A stretch of 43,886 nucleotides of DNA from Deltaproteobacteria bacterium (GTDB lineage Bacteria; UBA10199; 2-02-FULL-50-16; JAJFLM01), in assembly GCA_021772655.1 (NCBI GenBank), contig JAJFLM010000202.1, forward strand, positions 1-43,886. Direction: 5' to 3'. The notes below the pieces were generated by a model, which searched no databases, was not told the DNA's origin, and was given only the letters and a program-made list of their open reading frames with translations. The position numbers were made by a program, and so were the translations under genes. Below, in pieces: positions 1 to 10,067 of the stretch (the first letter of the stretch is position 1; each line of letters begins with the position of its first letter).

Positions 1-1221
1 ACCAAACATAATATTTCGTGGTTCTTGTGAATTATTTCGGTAGAGCAGATTAGAACTCTCAGCACAAACATGAGTCAGTCCCCAGGTGAATGGAATTGAG
101 AAGCATCCACGCAGTCCAACTGTCAGGGATGAAAGCTCCTCATTCGTTGGATTTGAGTGCTCTGCTGTTTTCAAGGTCCCTGCAATAGGGGTACTCAGGC
201 TCACATAACTGAGCTGTACAACTGGCTCAGCAATTATAGAATGACGAGTGATTAGCATTCTCTCACCAGTTTTTGTTCTATTGGATCCATCTGCTTCAAT
301 TATAGCAGCATCAAGAAGCTGAAAATTATAGAGCCCACGAACTCCAACATCAAAAGTATCGATTCTCGCGAGTGAGTAAGATCCCGTATCAAAGTTCCCT
401 AAAAATATACCAACGCCACCACGAAGATCAAAGATTCCTCGCTGAAAAGGCCCGGCCCAGCCACCTGAAACGCTTATCATCGGCGCTATTTTATGAAAGT
501 CTCCCCATACAAAGTTCTCTAACCCATCACGCAGATTGCTGTTAGTAACCTGTCTACGAACTTGTCGTGCTAATTTTTGGCTGCATGATTGTGGCTCTTC
601 ATCTGCATATATTGTAGATGTCGTGCATAGATCCTTACGCTCTTTTACAGAAAGAGATGCCATTAAATGAGATAATTCTCTCTCAGATAAATCACCATCA
701 CTATCCAAATAGTCAGTAGGCCATCCTCTGTAAGTATCTTGGTAAGTGTTATTAAATTCTGTTTTATGTCCATCTTGAAATTGAATGCTAACCCTTTCAG
801 GATTATCGTTAATTGGCATTCTGAAGCGAATATCATTTCTTGATTTAAGCCTGATAGAGAGCTCAGGGTTATCGAAATCAAGATTATCAACATCATATTC
901 ATCTGACAACAGCTGTAGCAGCAATTCACGTCGTTCGTCTGTTAATTTGATGCTCCCAGCACCAGACTGAAAAACCTTGAGCTGACTCGGAGACAAAGAA
1001 AGCTCATACCAAGCAGCAGGATAGCTAAAACTTCCACCGTTTTCATATAGCTCTGTTTTTCTTAAGACAATTTCGATAAAATACTCTGATTCCGCGCTAG
1101 GGTTTGCTTTGATACTAGGAGTACTTCCAACCGTCTCCACGGGCTCGCTATCACTCGTGAATGAATCAGGACGCTGAGTTAAGTTTTGTTGATCTCGTAA
1201 TGAGATTCCATATAAAGACAT
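1..1221 (-). CDS. Hypothetical protein, 3' end runs off the window (>=407 aa); C-terminal part has beta-strand-like periodicity
   Basis: Manual translation from ATG at 1221 (MSLYGISLRDQQNLTQRPDSFTSD...) stays open to base 1. A GGAGGT Shine-Dalgarno lies at 1228-1233 on the minus strand. Absent from the ORF track because its stop is outside the window. Confidence 0.85.
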   Translation of the reverse strand, partial: MSLYGISLRDQQNLTQRPDSFTSDSEPVETVGSTPSIKANPSAESEYFIEIVLRKTELYENGGSFSYPAAWYELSLSPSQLKVFQSGAGSIKLTDERRELLLQLLSDEYDVDNLDFDNPELSIRLKSRNDIRFRMPINDNPERVSIQFQDGHKTEFNNTYQDTYRGWPTDYLDSDGDLSERELSHLMASLSVKERKDLCTTSTIYADEEPQSCSQKLARQVRRQVTNSNLRDGLENFVWGDFHKIAPMISVSGGWAGPFQRGIFDLRGGVGIFLGNFDTGSYSLARIDTFDVGVRGLYNFQLLDAAIIEADGSNRTKTGERMLITRHSIIAEPVVQLSYVSLSTPIAGTLKTAEHSNPTNEELSSLTVGLRGCFSIPFTWGLTHVCAESSNLLYRNNSQEPRNIMFG

Positions 1222-1418
1222 GACATACCTCCCAAATTGGATGCTCGTTAAGATTACCAAATCGGTAAATACATCGCGTACCTATGCTTGTTTGTTGTGA
1301 TGTGTTTCGTGTTAAATTATTCGAGTGTCGGGTTTCTGTGTTCTATAGAATACAAAGTAAGGTAGGGGCACATTCAAAAAAACAAGCGAGTAGTAAAGAA
1401 CTTTGATTGAATCAATCG

Positions 1419-2165
1419 CTATAGATTCGATGGAATCACTTTAGGTGTCACTATCAGAAAATTAGGCACCGGCACACGCCCTGCAAATGAAAGTTGCTTG
1501 TCACCCGCTTGCAAATAAAACTGTGTGGAACGGCCCCCATCAAAGTTAAGGGCATCCTGACAATGCGGCTGCAAGCTCTGAGCGAATTCTTGCAAAGTTA
1601 TCGGCACCGGTGCCGCAACAGCTAGGATCACTTCTTTTTTAGATGTTACACAAATACCAGAGCGTCGTTTAGGGATCGCTGCTTTAAACTGCGGTGTCTT
1701 ACCTTTGATCACCAAACGCGGGCCACTTTGAATTGCCAAATCAGGTTTCAAACCCGCATGATAATCACGCGTATGAATAATACGTGGTCGTTTACCCTTT
1801 AAGAAGAACACTCCCCAAGCGGCCTTACGAAGAGCACGCAGTTGAACTCCTTTGCGCACCAACAAACCCATTCCTGAGCCAGCCGGCGTAAAAAAACTCG
1901 CATTGATCGCAGCGATGATTGGATGAACCCCTTTGAGTTCAGCCAAGTGGGCACGAGTTTTGCCGTGATCGGCCGCCCGCAAAATATCCAAATCATAATG
2001 TTTGGGAGAGAATTTTAATAAGTGAACCTGAGCTTCAGGTGCTGGCACAATTTGTTGGTAAGATAAATGCGACTCTAAAGTCTGCCAAGCTTGTGCGGTT
2101 GCAGCACCTATCAGCCAAGCTGCCAATAAACTAACAGCAATGATGTTGGGTTTCATAGTGAACAA
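1419..2165 (-). CDS. Phosphodiester glycosidase (NAGPA-like) family exported protein
   Basis: Signal peptide ending AQA; motifs AAINASFF, QSGPRLV, RRSGIC, ALNFDGGRST. Start may be the ATG at 2156. Confidence 0.8.
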   Translation of the reverse strand: MFTMKPNIIAVSLLAAWLIGAATAQAWQTLESHLSYQQIVPAPEAQVHLLKFSPKHYDLDILRAADHGKTRAHLAELKGVHPIIAAINASFFTPAGSGMGLLVRKGVQLRALRKAAWGVFFLKGKRPRIIHTRDYHAGLKPDLAIQSGPRLVIKGKTPQFKAAIPKRRSGICVTSKKEVILAVAAPVPITLQEFAQSLQPHCQDALNFDGGRSTQFYLQAGDKQLSFAGRVPVPNFLIVTPKVIPSNL

Positions 2166-2171
2166 GACACG

Positions 2172-3296
2172 CTATTCAGGCGGCGCTACCGCAGTTCTGA
2201 TCTCGACCTTGTTCCCATGCTTTAAGGTCTTGGGGGGATCCACAATAATAATTGTGCCTTCCTCCACACCCTTTTGTACGGCCACTTCATCACCGCTCGC
2301 TCGCCCTAACTTGACACGCAGTTGTTTGGCCACTCCGTTTTCAATGGAAAATACCACGGTTTTTTTATCACGCAGTGCCACGGCTGATTTTGGAATTGCC
2401 AACTTCTTCGTCTTTTTATCTGTCGACAACGTGACCGGAAAATTCATCCCGGTTTTCAACTGACCTTCTGAATTATCCAACTTACAAAAGACATCAAAGG
2501 TGCGGGTCAAAGGATCCACCGCCACCCCAACTTCGGTAATCTTCACCGTCGCCGCTTGTTCTACTCCAGGGAGATTGACTTGTAATAATTGGCCTCGATA
2601 GGTGGCGGGGATAAATTCTTCAGGTAAAGGAACCCGTAACTTAACGGGGTCATCTTGAATCACTTCCATCAAAAATTGTCCTTCGGTCACCGGCATCCCA
2701 TCCTCAACACTGCGATTGAGAACCACTCCCGCAATAGGACTTTTCACTTCAATATTTTCGGCGACCTTTTCTAGATAAGCAATTTCCGTCTTGGCACGTT
2801 TAGAACGCGCTTTTTCATATTCTAAGTGCTTATCAATCAAATCATAAACCGCCGCCGAGATTTCTTCTTCGTCTAATAAAGTGTCCCGATTTTCTAGACG
2901 GTTTTGCTCAAAATCTATCGCCGCATCCGCTTCCTCCGCCTCAGCCCGAACAAAATCTAACTTAGCAGAAACTAAAGTGTTTTCGAATCTAATGACCTGA
3001 GTCCCCCCACTAATCCGCTGCCCCTCACGTACCAACACGGAACCTATCGTCCCATTGGCACTGGCATTGAGCTTGATACTATTGGAAGGCACAATTTCAC
3101 CAGTGGTGCTGTGAACCAGGGGAATTTCTTTACTTTTTACCATCACAGCTAAGACTTCATCGACCTCCTCTTGACCGACCTTGCCTTGCTGAGGACCATC
3201 GGTACGCGGAAAGCAGCCCACCGTGGCTAAAGCCCCTGAAGCTATCAATAAAGCCATCCCAAAACGGAGGCCCGCTGTTTTTTGATACCGACTCAT
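2172..3296 (-). CDS. Efflux RND-type periplasmic adaptor (membrane fusion protein), probable lipoprotein
   Basis: Lipobox-like TVGC; split lipoyl motifs (GTIGSVLVREGQRI, VKSPIAGVV); helical hairpin; VDPLTRTF and LKTGM motifs. Confidence 0.88.
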   Translation of the reverse strand: MSRYQKTAGLRFGMALLIASGALATVGCFPRTDGPQQGKVGQEEVDEVLAVMVKSKEIPLVHSTTGEIVPSNSIKLNASANGTIGSVLVREGQRISGGTQVIRFENTLVSAKLDFVRAEAEEADAAIDFEQNRLENRDTLLDEEEISAAVYDLIDKHLEYEKARSKRAKTEIAYLEKVAENIEVKSPIAGVVLNRSVEDGMPVTEGQFLMEVIQDDPVKLRVPLPEEFIPATYRGQLLQVNLPGVEQAATVKITEVGVAVDPLTRTFDVFCKLDNSEGQLKTGMNFPVTLSTDKKTKKLAIPKSAVALRDKKTVVFSIENGVAKQLRVKLGRASGDEVAVQKGVEEGTIIIVDPPKTLKHGNKVEIRTAVAPPE

Positions 3297-3466
3297 GGAA
3301 TAGAGAACATTCTAGGGGAAATTAAATCAAAAGCAATAATAAAATTAGGTAGTTAGGTGTAATTTTTAGGTTGGGCGCAAGCGCCCTGATTTAGCAATAA
3401 AATCAGCCGAATGATCGTAATAAGCACAGCCTACTGCCAGAGCCAATTGAAGGAGCACGCTCCCCC

Positions 3467-3495
3467 TTGACACCCCCGACGCAGCGGACTACTCA
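3467..3495 (+). promoter_or_regulatory. Sigma70-like promoter of glyQS-ppdK
   Basis: TTGACA-17 bp-TACTCA, ending 11 nt before the ATG. Confidence 0.6.
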
Positions 3496-3506
3496 CACGG
3501 GTTCTT

Positions 3507-4808
3507 ATGAATAACCAAGTCAGCATGGAATTATTAGTGTCGCTGTGCAAGCGACGCGGGATTATCTTTCAATCTAGCGAACCCTACGGCGGTATCGGCG
3601 GTTTTTGGGATTACGGTCCAGTGGGGGTTGAATTACGCAATCGCATCAAGTCCCATTGGTGGCGTTATATGGTGCAATACCGGGATGATGTCGTAGGTTT
3701 AGATACCTCCATCATTGCCCATCCCCAGACCTGGGTGGCTTCGGGTCATGTCGACAGCTTTTCAGACCCCATGGTCGACTGCAAACAGTGCAAAAAGCGC
3801 TTTCGCACCGATCAAATTCCTGACTTGGAACAATGCCCGGCCTGTGGTGGCGAACTCACAGAACCCCGTGAGTTTAACCTCATGTTCAAAACCTTTGTGG
3901 GCCCGGTGCAAGATGATGCTTCGGTGGCCTATTTACGCCCCGAAACCTGCCAATCTATTTTTACACAATTCAAAAACACTATGACCACGGCGCGTAAGAA
4001 GCCTCCCTTTGGTATTGCCCAAGTAGGGAAAAGCTTCCGCAATGAAATCACCCCGCGCAATTTTATTTTCCGTAGCCGTGAGTTTGAACAAATGGAAATG
4101 GAATTTTTCTGTACCGCTCAAGAGTCTGGGCGCTTCTACGATTATTGGGTGCAAGAACGTTTTAATTGGTTCGTGAATTTAGGCGTCCGCAAAGAAAACC
4201 TGCGCCTACGCCCGCATACCGCCGATGAATTAGCCCATTACGCAAATGGCTGTACTGATGTAGAGTATGAGTTTCCCTTTGGTTGGTCTGAATTAGAAGG
4301 GATTGCCGACCGTGGCAACTATGATCTCTCACAACATGCCAAAGTATCTGGCAAAGATTTTTCAGTGGTTGATGATCAAACAAACGAAAAATATATCCCG
4401 AACGTGGTCGAAAGTTCTGTAGGGGTAGATCGCACCTTATTAACCGTGTTGGCAGATGCCTATCGTGAAGAAACGGTCAACGGCGAAACGCGGATTGTTT
4501 TAAAAATCAATCCTGAGATTGCCCCCTACCAAGTAGCGATGTTCCCTTTGTCTAAAAAACTGAGCGAACCTGCCAAAAAAGTAGAAATTGCCTTACGCAA
4601 AAAATTCAGCATCGACTTTGATGCCATTGGTAGCATCGGCAAACGGTATCGCCGTCACGATGAGGTTGGCACGCCCTTCTGTGTGACCTATGATTTTGAT
4701 TCCGAAGAGGACCACAAGGTAACCGTCCGCAGTCGCGACACCATGGAACAAGATCGTGTATCAGTTGATCAATTGGAATTATATTTGGAAGAAAAATTTA
4801 AGCGTTAG
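3507..4808 (+). CDS. glyQS: Glycine--tRNA ligase, homodimeric (alpha2) type
   Basis: LCKRRG, DYGPVG, YLRPETCQ, GKSFRNEITPRNFIFRSREFEQME, ELEGIADR; C-terminal anticodon-binding domain (SIGKRYRRHDEVGTP). Confidence 0.97.
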   Translation: MNNQVSMELLVSLCKRRGIIFQSSEPYGGIGGFWDYGPVGVELRNRIKSHWWRYMVQYRDDVVGLDTSIIAHPQTWVASGHVDSFSDPMVDCKQCKKRFRTDQIPDLEQCPACGGELTEPREFNLMFKTFVGPVQDDASVAYLRPETCQSIFTQFKNTMTTARKKPPFGIAQVGKSFRNEITPRNFIFRSREFEQMEMEFFCTAQESGRFYDYWVQERFNWFVNLGVRKENLRLRPHTADELAHYANGCTDVEYEFPFGWSELEGIADRGNYDLSQHAKVSGKDFSVVDDQTNEKYIPNVVESSVGVDRTLLTVLADAYREETVNGETRIVLKINPEIAPYQVAMFPLSKKLSEPAKKVEIALRKKFSIDFDAIGSIGKRYRRHDEVGTPFCVTYDFDSEEDHKVTVRSRDTMEQDRVSVDQLELYLEEKFKR

Positions 4809-4841
4809 TAGTCCTACGTAATATTTTCAAGGAGAAACAAA

Positions 4842-7499
4842 GTGGCAGAGAAATACGTGTATTGTTTTGGTGATGGACAGGCCGATGGTACCGTCGATCA
4901 AAAGAACTTGCTCGGCGGCAAAGGCGCCAACCTCGCGGAGATGAGTCGTCTCGGCATCCCGGTTCCTCCTGGCTTTACGATCACCACGGATGTCTGCACC
5001 TATTACTATGACCATAACGAGGAATACCCTAAAAGTTTAGCTCAAGAAATCGACGTCGCCCTTAATAAGATGGAAAGCAGCATGGGCGCAGAATTCGGCA
5101 GCACATCCAACCCTTTATTAGTTTCTGTCCGTTCCGGCGCACGCGTCAGCATGCCCGGCATGATGGATACCGTGCTCAACTTAGGTTTGAACGATGAAAC
5201 CGTTTTAGGCTTAGCCGAGCGAAGTCAAGATGCTCGTTTTGCCTTTGATAGCTACCGGCGCTTCATTCAAATGTACGGCAACGTTGTCATGGGCATGGAT
5301 GGCGAAAATTTTGAACATATTTTAGAACGCGCCAAACAACGTCGCGGAATTACTTTAGATACTGAATTAACCGTGGATGATCTCCAAGGCATGGTCAAAA
5401 GTTACAAAGAAGTCATTGCCGAAAAAACCGGCAAGACCTTTCCCCAAGATCCTAAAGAGCAACTTTGGGGAGCTATCACCGCGGTCTTTGGTTCATGGAA
5501 CAACAAACGTGCCATTGATTATCGTAGAATTAATAATATTCCTGGGCTTTGGGGCACGGCTGTCAACGTCCAAGCCATGGTCTTTGGCAACATGGGACAA
5601 GATTGCGGTACCGGCGTTGCCTTTACACGTGATCCTTCCACGGGTGAAAAGGTATTTTTTGGTGAGTACCTCGTAAATGCTCAAGGTGAGGATGTGGTGG
5701 CCGGCATCCGCACACCCCAACCCATTTGTCGTAAACCGGAAATGCCTAAACATGTGCAAACCATGGAAGACGTCTTCCCCAAGGCCTATAAAACTTTAGT
5801 CGACATCTACCAAAAGTTAGAAGCCCATTACCGTGACATGCAAGACATCGAATTTACTATCCAGCAAGGTAAAGTTTGGATGTTGCAAACTCGTAATGGT
5901 AAGCGCACGGCCCAAGCCGCCGTCAAGTTGGCCGTGGACATGGTCGCAGAAAAATTAATCACTGAAAAAGAATCTATCTCTCGGGTCAGCCCAGAACAAT
6001 TAGACCAACTCTTACACCCACGCTTAGACAAAAATGTGGAAGGAGATGTGTTGACCAAAGGTTTACCCGCCTCTCCAGGTGCCGCCGTGGGTGCGGTAGT
6101 CTTTAACTCCGATGAAGCCGAACAACGTGCGGCACAAGGAGATAGTGTTATTTTAGTGCGCCTAGAAACATCTCCTGAAGATATTCATGGGATGCACGCG
6201 GCTGCCGGTGTCTTAACCGCTCGCGGTGGTATGACCTCACATGCGGCCGTGGTAGCGCGTGGCATGGGCAAATGCTGTGTCACAGGTGCCAGCGAAGTCC
6301 AAATTGATTATGAAAACAATCGTTTCTTTGTAGGCAATACGGTTATTCATGCCAACGACGTTATTACTTTAGATGGTTCCTCAGGCGAAGTTTTCAAAGG
6401 ACCGATCCCTACCATTCAACCAGAGCTCTCTGGTGACTTTGGTATTTTTATGGATTGGTGTGATAAATACCGTACTTTAAAAATTCGCACCAATGCCGAC
6501 ACACCAGAAGATTGCCTGACCGCCCGTAATTTTGGCGCTGAAGGGATCGGCTTATGTCGTACCGAACATATGTTCTTTGAACCCGATCGCATTGAAGCCG
6601 TGCGTCGCATGATTGTTGCTGAAAACCCCGCAGCACGTGAGAAAGCTTTGGCAGAACTTTTACCCTTTCAGAAAAGTGACTTTAAAGAAATTCTCCGTAC
6701 TATGGATGGCTTTCCGGTAAATATCCGTCTGTTGGACCCACCCTTACATGAGTTCTTACCGCACGGGAAAAAAGAAATTGCTGAATTAGCCAATAGCTTA
6801 AGCATCCCACTCGAACGACTGAACGCCACCCTCGAGAATCTACATGAAGCAAACCCCATGTTAGGACACCGCGGTTGTCGCTTAGCTATTACGTATCCTG
6901 AAATTTATAAGATGCAGGCACGCGCCATCATGGAAGCAGCCTGTGAACTGGTAAAAGATGAATCAATTAATGTCATTCCAGAAATCATGATTCCACTGGT
7001 CGGCATCGACAAAGAACTGGAACAGATCCGCGGTGAAGTCAATGGCATCTGCCAAGAAGTCGTTAAAGCCATGGGGGTTAAAGTGGAATACCACATTGGC
7101 ACCATGATTGAGTTGCCACGTGCCGCGCTCACTGCTGACACTATTGCACAACACGCCGATTTCTTCTCATTTGGAACCAACGATCTGACCCAAATGACTT
7201 TTGGTGTGTCACGCGATGACGCAAATAAATTTCTCCCCTATTATGTGGACACAGAAATCTTACCCCGCGACCCCTTCTCTGTCTTGGACCAAGCGGGTGT
7301 CGGCCAGTTGATTAAAATTGGACTTGAAAAAGGCTTATCAACCAATCCTCAGTTAAAAGTCGGTGTTTGTGGAGAACACGGCGGCGAACCCAGTTCGATT
7401 GCCTTTTTCCATCATTTAGGCTTGAACTATGTCAGCTGCTCACCTTACCGGGTACCTGCAGCACGTTTAGCGGCCGCGCAGGTAAATCTGCAAAGCTAA
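4842..7499 (+). CDS. ppdK: Pyruvate, phosphate dikinase
   Basis: LLGGKGANLAEM, VSVRSGA, GGMTSHAAVVARG (phospho-His), EGIGLCRTEHMF, FFSFGTNDLTQ; 885 aa; AAGGAG RBS before GTG. Confidence 0.98.
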   Translation: MAEKYVYCFGDGQADGTVDQKNLLGGKGANLAEMSRLGIPVPPGFTITTDVCTYYYDHNEEYPKSLAQEIDVALNKMESSMGAEFGSTSNPLLVSVRSGARVSMPGMMDTVLNLGLNDETVLGLAERSQDARFAFDSYRRFIQMYGNVVMGMDGENFEHILERAKQRRGITLDTELTVDDLQGMVKSYKEVIAEKTGKTFPQDPKEQLWGAITAVFGSWNNKRAIDYRRINNIPGLWGTAVNVQAMVFGNMGQDCGTGVAFTRDPSTGEKVFFGEYLVNAQGEDVVAGIRTPQPICRKPEMPKHVQTMEDVFPKAYKTLVDIYQKLEAHYRDMQDIEFTIQQGKVWMLQTRNGKRTAQAAVKLAVDMVAEKLITEKESISRVSPEQLDQLLHPRLDKNVEGDVLTKGLPASPGAAVGAVVFNSDEAEQRAAQGDSVILVRLETSPEDIHGMHAAAGVLTARGGMTSHAAVVARGMGKCCVTGASEVQIDYENNRFFVGNTVIHANDVITLDGSSGEVFKGPIPTIQPELSGDFGIFMDWCDKYRTLKIRTNADTPEDCLTARNFGAEGIGLCRTEHMFFEPDRIEAVRRMIVAENPAAREKALAELLPFQKSDFKEILRTMDGFPVNIRLLDPPLHEFLPHGKKEIAELANSLSIPLERLNATLENLHEANPMLGHRGCRLAITYPEIYKMQARAIMEAACELVKDESINVIPEIMIPLVGIDKELEQIRGEVNGICQEVVKAMGVKVEYHIGTMIELPRAALTADTIAQHADFFSFGTNDLTQMTFGVSRDDANKFLPYYVDTEILPRDPFSVLDQAGVGQLIKIGLEKGLSTNPQLKVGVCGEHGGEPSSIAFFHHLGLNYVSCSPYRVPAARLAAAQVNLQS

Positions 7500-7529
7500 T
7501 AATTAAGTTAACCGGGAGTATTGCTTCTC

Positions 7530-8774
7530 ATGCTAAAAAAACTACACCGCCTCGTTAAAGCTAGCTCTGCTCGCATTAGATTAACTTCCTATGGTTTAAT
7601 ATTAGTACTCAACTGCTTTCTATTCTCTAGCTGCGCCGGCGACCCCTTATTTGTTGCCATCGGCAATAATTTATCAGGGCCTATTTCCATTGTCATCGAT
7701 GCCGCTAACAACCGGGCTTACGTGGTCAACTCAAATTTAAATGTCGCCTTTGATGACGCCACTCTGCTTACTTTAGATATCTCAAACCCAGAGCAACCCG
7801 TTATTTTAAACCACCCCAATAATCCGATATCTATTCCAAGTTTATCTGGGGAAGCTTTTTTGGATACCGCAAACCAACAGCTTTTGGTCACTAATCGACT
7901 CTCCAATAATAAAAATGATATCATCGACGAACTCTTAAGAATTAATGTCAACGAAGCCGGTAGTTTTGGCACAACTGAAGAGTTCTCAAGCGGTGAAAAC
8001 CCTTTTGGTATTGCCTGCTGTGATGCCTCTAATAACTTTTATGTTGTTTCAGATGGCACCTTAGAAAGTTTTGAGCTTAACGACCCAAACAATAATGTGA
8101 CCCAATCATTAGAAGTGACGCTACAAAATGGCAATGTTGTCAAAGGAGATTCAACCACACACATTGCTATTTTAGGGCAACAAGCCTTTTTAAGTAATCG
8201 TGCCGGGATTATCTATGTCATCAACTTGGATAAAGCTACGGATACCAGCCTAAATCCCATTGATTATCTGATCACTGACATGGAAGAGTTGCGGGCCATT
8301 ACTACGGATGGAAACAACATTTATGTGACTGAGGCTGATTTCAATGATGACGATGTGCATCGCCTACGAGTGATTAATCCAGAAACGGTTCCCCCTATTG
8401 CAGAAAACAGCGAAGCCATTACAGAAATTGATATTGAGGACACACGTACCATTAACGATACTGATATTAATGTGCAGCAAGAAACTTTATCTTTGGACAA
8501 AGATTCAAATGCTATGCTGGTCTATCTAGACAAACTTTATGTCGCCAGCGAAGAAGAAAATTCCCTTAAAATATTTGATCTCTCTAACCCTGGTGATATC
8601 AGCGAAGCCACAGAACTTAATTTAGGTTCCGGAACCCTGTCAGGACAAGGACCTTTTGCCTTAACCGCCGCAAATTTGGGGGGTACCGATTATCTCTATG
8701 TCGGCAACCTGGATTCCAATAATATTTTGATTATCAACTTAAATACTCAAAGTATTGTCGCTAGCTTTCCTTAA
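7530..8774 (+). CDS. Probable lipoprotein with YncE/YVTN-like beta-propeller
   Basis: Hydrophobic stretch with lipobox FSSC; blade-like repeats (NRAYVVN, NNIYVTE, DKLYVAS, DYLYVGN); D/N-rich. ATG at 7530 preferred to TTG at 7521. Confidence 0.7.
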   Translation: MLKKLHRLVKASSARIRLTSYGLILVLNCFLFSSCAGDPLFVAIGNNLSGPISIVIDAANNRAYVVNSNLNVAFDDATLLTLDISNPEQPVILNHPNNPISIPSLSGEAFLDTANQQLLVTNRLSNNKNDIIDELLRINVNEAGSFGTTEEFSSGENPFGIACCDASNNFYVVSDGTLESFELNDPNNNVTQSLEVTLQNGNVVKGDSTTHIAILGQQAFLSNRAGIIYVINLDKATDTSLNPIDYLITDMEELRAITTDGNNIYVTEADFNDDDVHRLRVINPETVPPIAENSEAITEIDIEDTRTINDTDINVQQETLSLDKDSNAMLVYLDKLYVASEEENSLKIFDLSNPGDISEATELNLGSGTLSGQGPFALTAANLGGTDYLYVGNLDSNNILIINLNTQSIVASFP

Positions 8775-8799
8775 CGCAATAATGGCAAACTCGGCGCGC

Positions 8800-9498
8800 T
8801 TAACCCAGTAGACCTACTTCTGCAAAACTATAGTAAGCCTGTTCTCCGATAATGATATGATCAAGACAAGGCAGCGCGATCGTTGTACACGCCTCATAAA
8901 GCCGTGCTGTCAGATCATGATCCGAGTCACTGGGCGCGGGATCTCCGGATGGATGATTATGCACAAAAATGACCGCCGCACAGCCTTCGCTCAGCAACTG
9001 CCGCAAAACATAGGGAATAGATAAGGCGATATGCGTGCTATCACCATGGGCTAAGGGCAATAACTTAAGCACCTGATGGCCTGCATCCAGCAAGACAGCT
9101 TGAAAGATTTCTTCGCGGCAACCTACAAACTCATGTCGCAACCATTCAAACAAATCATCGGCGGCATCAATCACAGGACGCTTCACCATATGACTGCGCA
9201 GTACACGCTTACCCAACTCAAAAGCCGCCAGCAAACTAGCCACTTTTGCCGGACCTAAACCGGCAACTTCTAATAATTTATGAGGCGCTTGTCCGGCTAA
9301 CCCGACCAAACCACCGCAATCCGCCAACAAGCCTTGCGCCAGTTGATGGACATTCGTACCCTGGCGCCCTGAGCGTAGAAAAAGTGCTAACAATTCCGCA
9401 TCGGACAAAGCATCGACCCCCAATTGCCAGAGACGTTCGCGGGGGCGTTCCGAAGGCGGCCAGGAATTTATGTTTTGCGTTGTTTTTGTTTGCGCCAC
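8800..9498 (-). CDS. radC: RadC family JAB-domain protein
   Basis: ERPRERL, LSDAELLA, GLGPAK helix-hairpin-helix, HNHPSGDPAPSDSD, LDHIIIG. Confidence 0.95.
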   Translation of the reverse strand: MAQTKTTQNINSWPPSERPRERLWQLGVDALSDAELLALFLRSGRQGTNVHQLAQGLLADCGGLVGLAGQAPHKLLEVAGLGPAKVASLLAAFELGKRVLRSHMVKRPVIDAADDLFEWLRHEFVGCREEIFQAVLLDAGHQVLKLLPLAHGDSTHIALSIPYVLRQLLSEGCAAVIFVHNHPSGDPAPSDSDHDLTARLYEACTTIALPCLDHIIIGEQAYYSFAEVGLLG

Positions 9499-9905
9499 TG
9501 TTGCTTCATGAATTTGATGTACGTCACCATATGCTTTTGCTGAGCTTCGGTAAGAGTGGCTATCAGGCGCTCTAACTGCACCTCCAGCTTACCCTTTTTT
9601 CCGTAACTACGCACCTTTTCGGCAACTTCAGCCTGTTGAGTTGTGCTGGCCTGCGACTTATAGCGCTTTAAATCTTGCTCAAAGCGAAATTCATTGGCGG
9701 CTTGTTGAAAGCGCCGTAGATTGAGACCTAAAGCCGTGGCTAATTCCTTCACCTTGTTAGGCGATGGCACCTTGTTGCCTTGGACAATCTGGCGCAAATA
9801 TTCATAACTAAAAGAGAAGGCATGAGCTCGGTAAAAAGACAGGAGATTACGATGACCCTGGCGGGCCAAAGCACGATCCAATATTCCGTGGAAAGACGTC
9901 TTCAA
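9468..9905 (-). CDS. XRE-like helix-turn-helix protein overlapping the radC start
   Basis: SYEYLRQIVQGNKVPSPNKVKELATALGL resembles an XRE HTH; very basic protein; 31-nt overlap with radC; TTG start uncertain. Confidence 0.65.
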   Translation of the reverse strand: MKTSFHGILDRALARQGHRNLLSFYRAHAFSFSYEYLRQIVQGNKVPSPNKVKELATALGLNLRRFQQAANEFRFEQDLKRYKSQASTTQQAEVAEKVRSYGKKGKLEVQLERLIATLTEAQQKHMVTYIKFMKQQWRKQKQRKT

Positions 9906-10067
9906 AGTTTGGCATTTTTAACATGAGCCAAGAACGACAGGTAAGATAAATGGTAAAAAAATTATCCAATAATTTTATTTGTATAATGACTTTTAATAAG
10001 TTGAAATATAGTTGTATTTTACAACAAGCTAGACAAACTTAATTAATTACAACTATAATTGTTTTAT

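Noticed and set aside
663-970. Short ORFs 663-929 and 785-970 from the track
   Set aside because: They are shadow frames of the longer minus-strand ORF 1221..<1.
3373-3386. GGGCGC-AA-GCGCCC hairpin upstream of glyQS as part of a T-box or riboswitch
   Set aside because: It lies upstream of the predicted promoter, and no T-box sequence or terminator is present.
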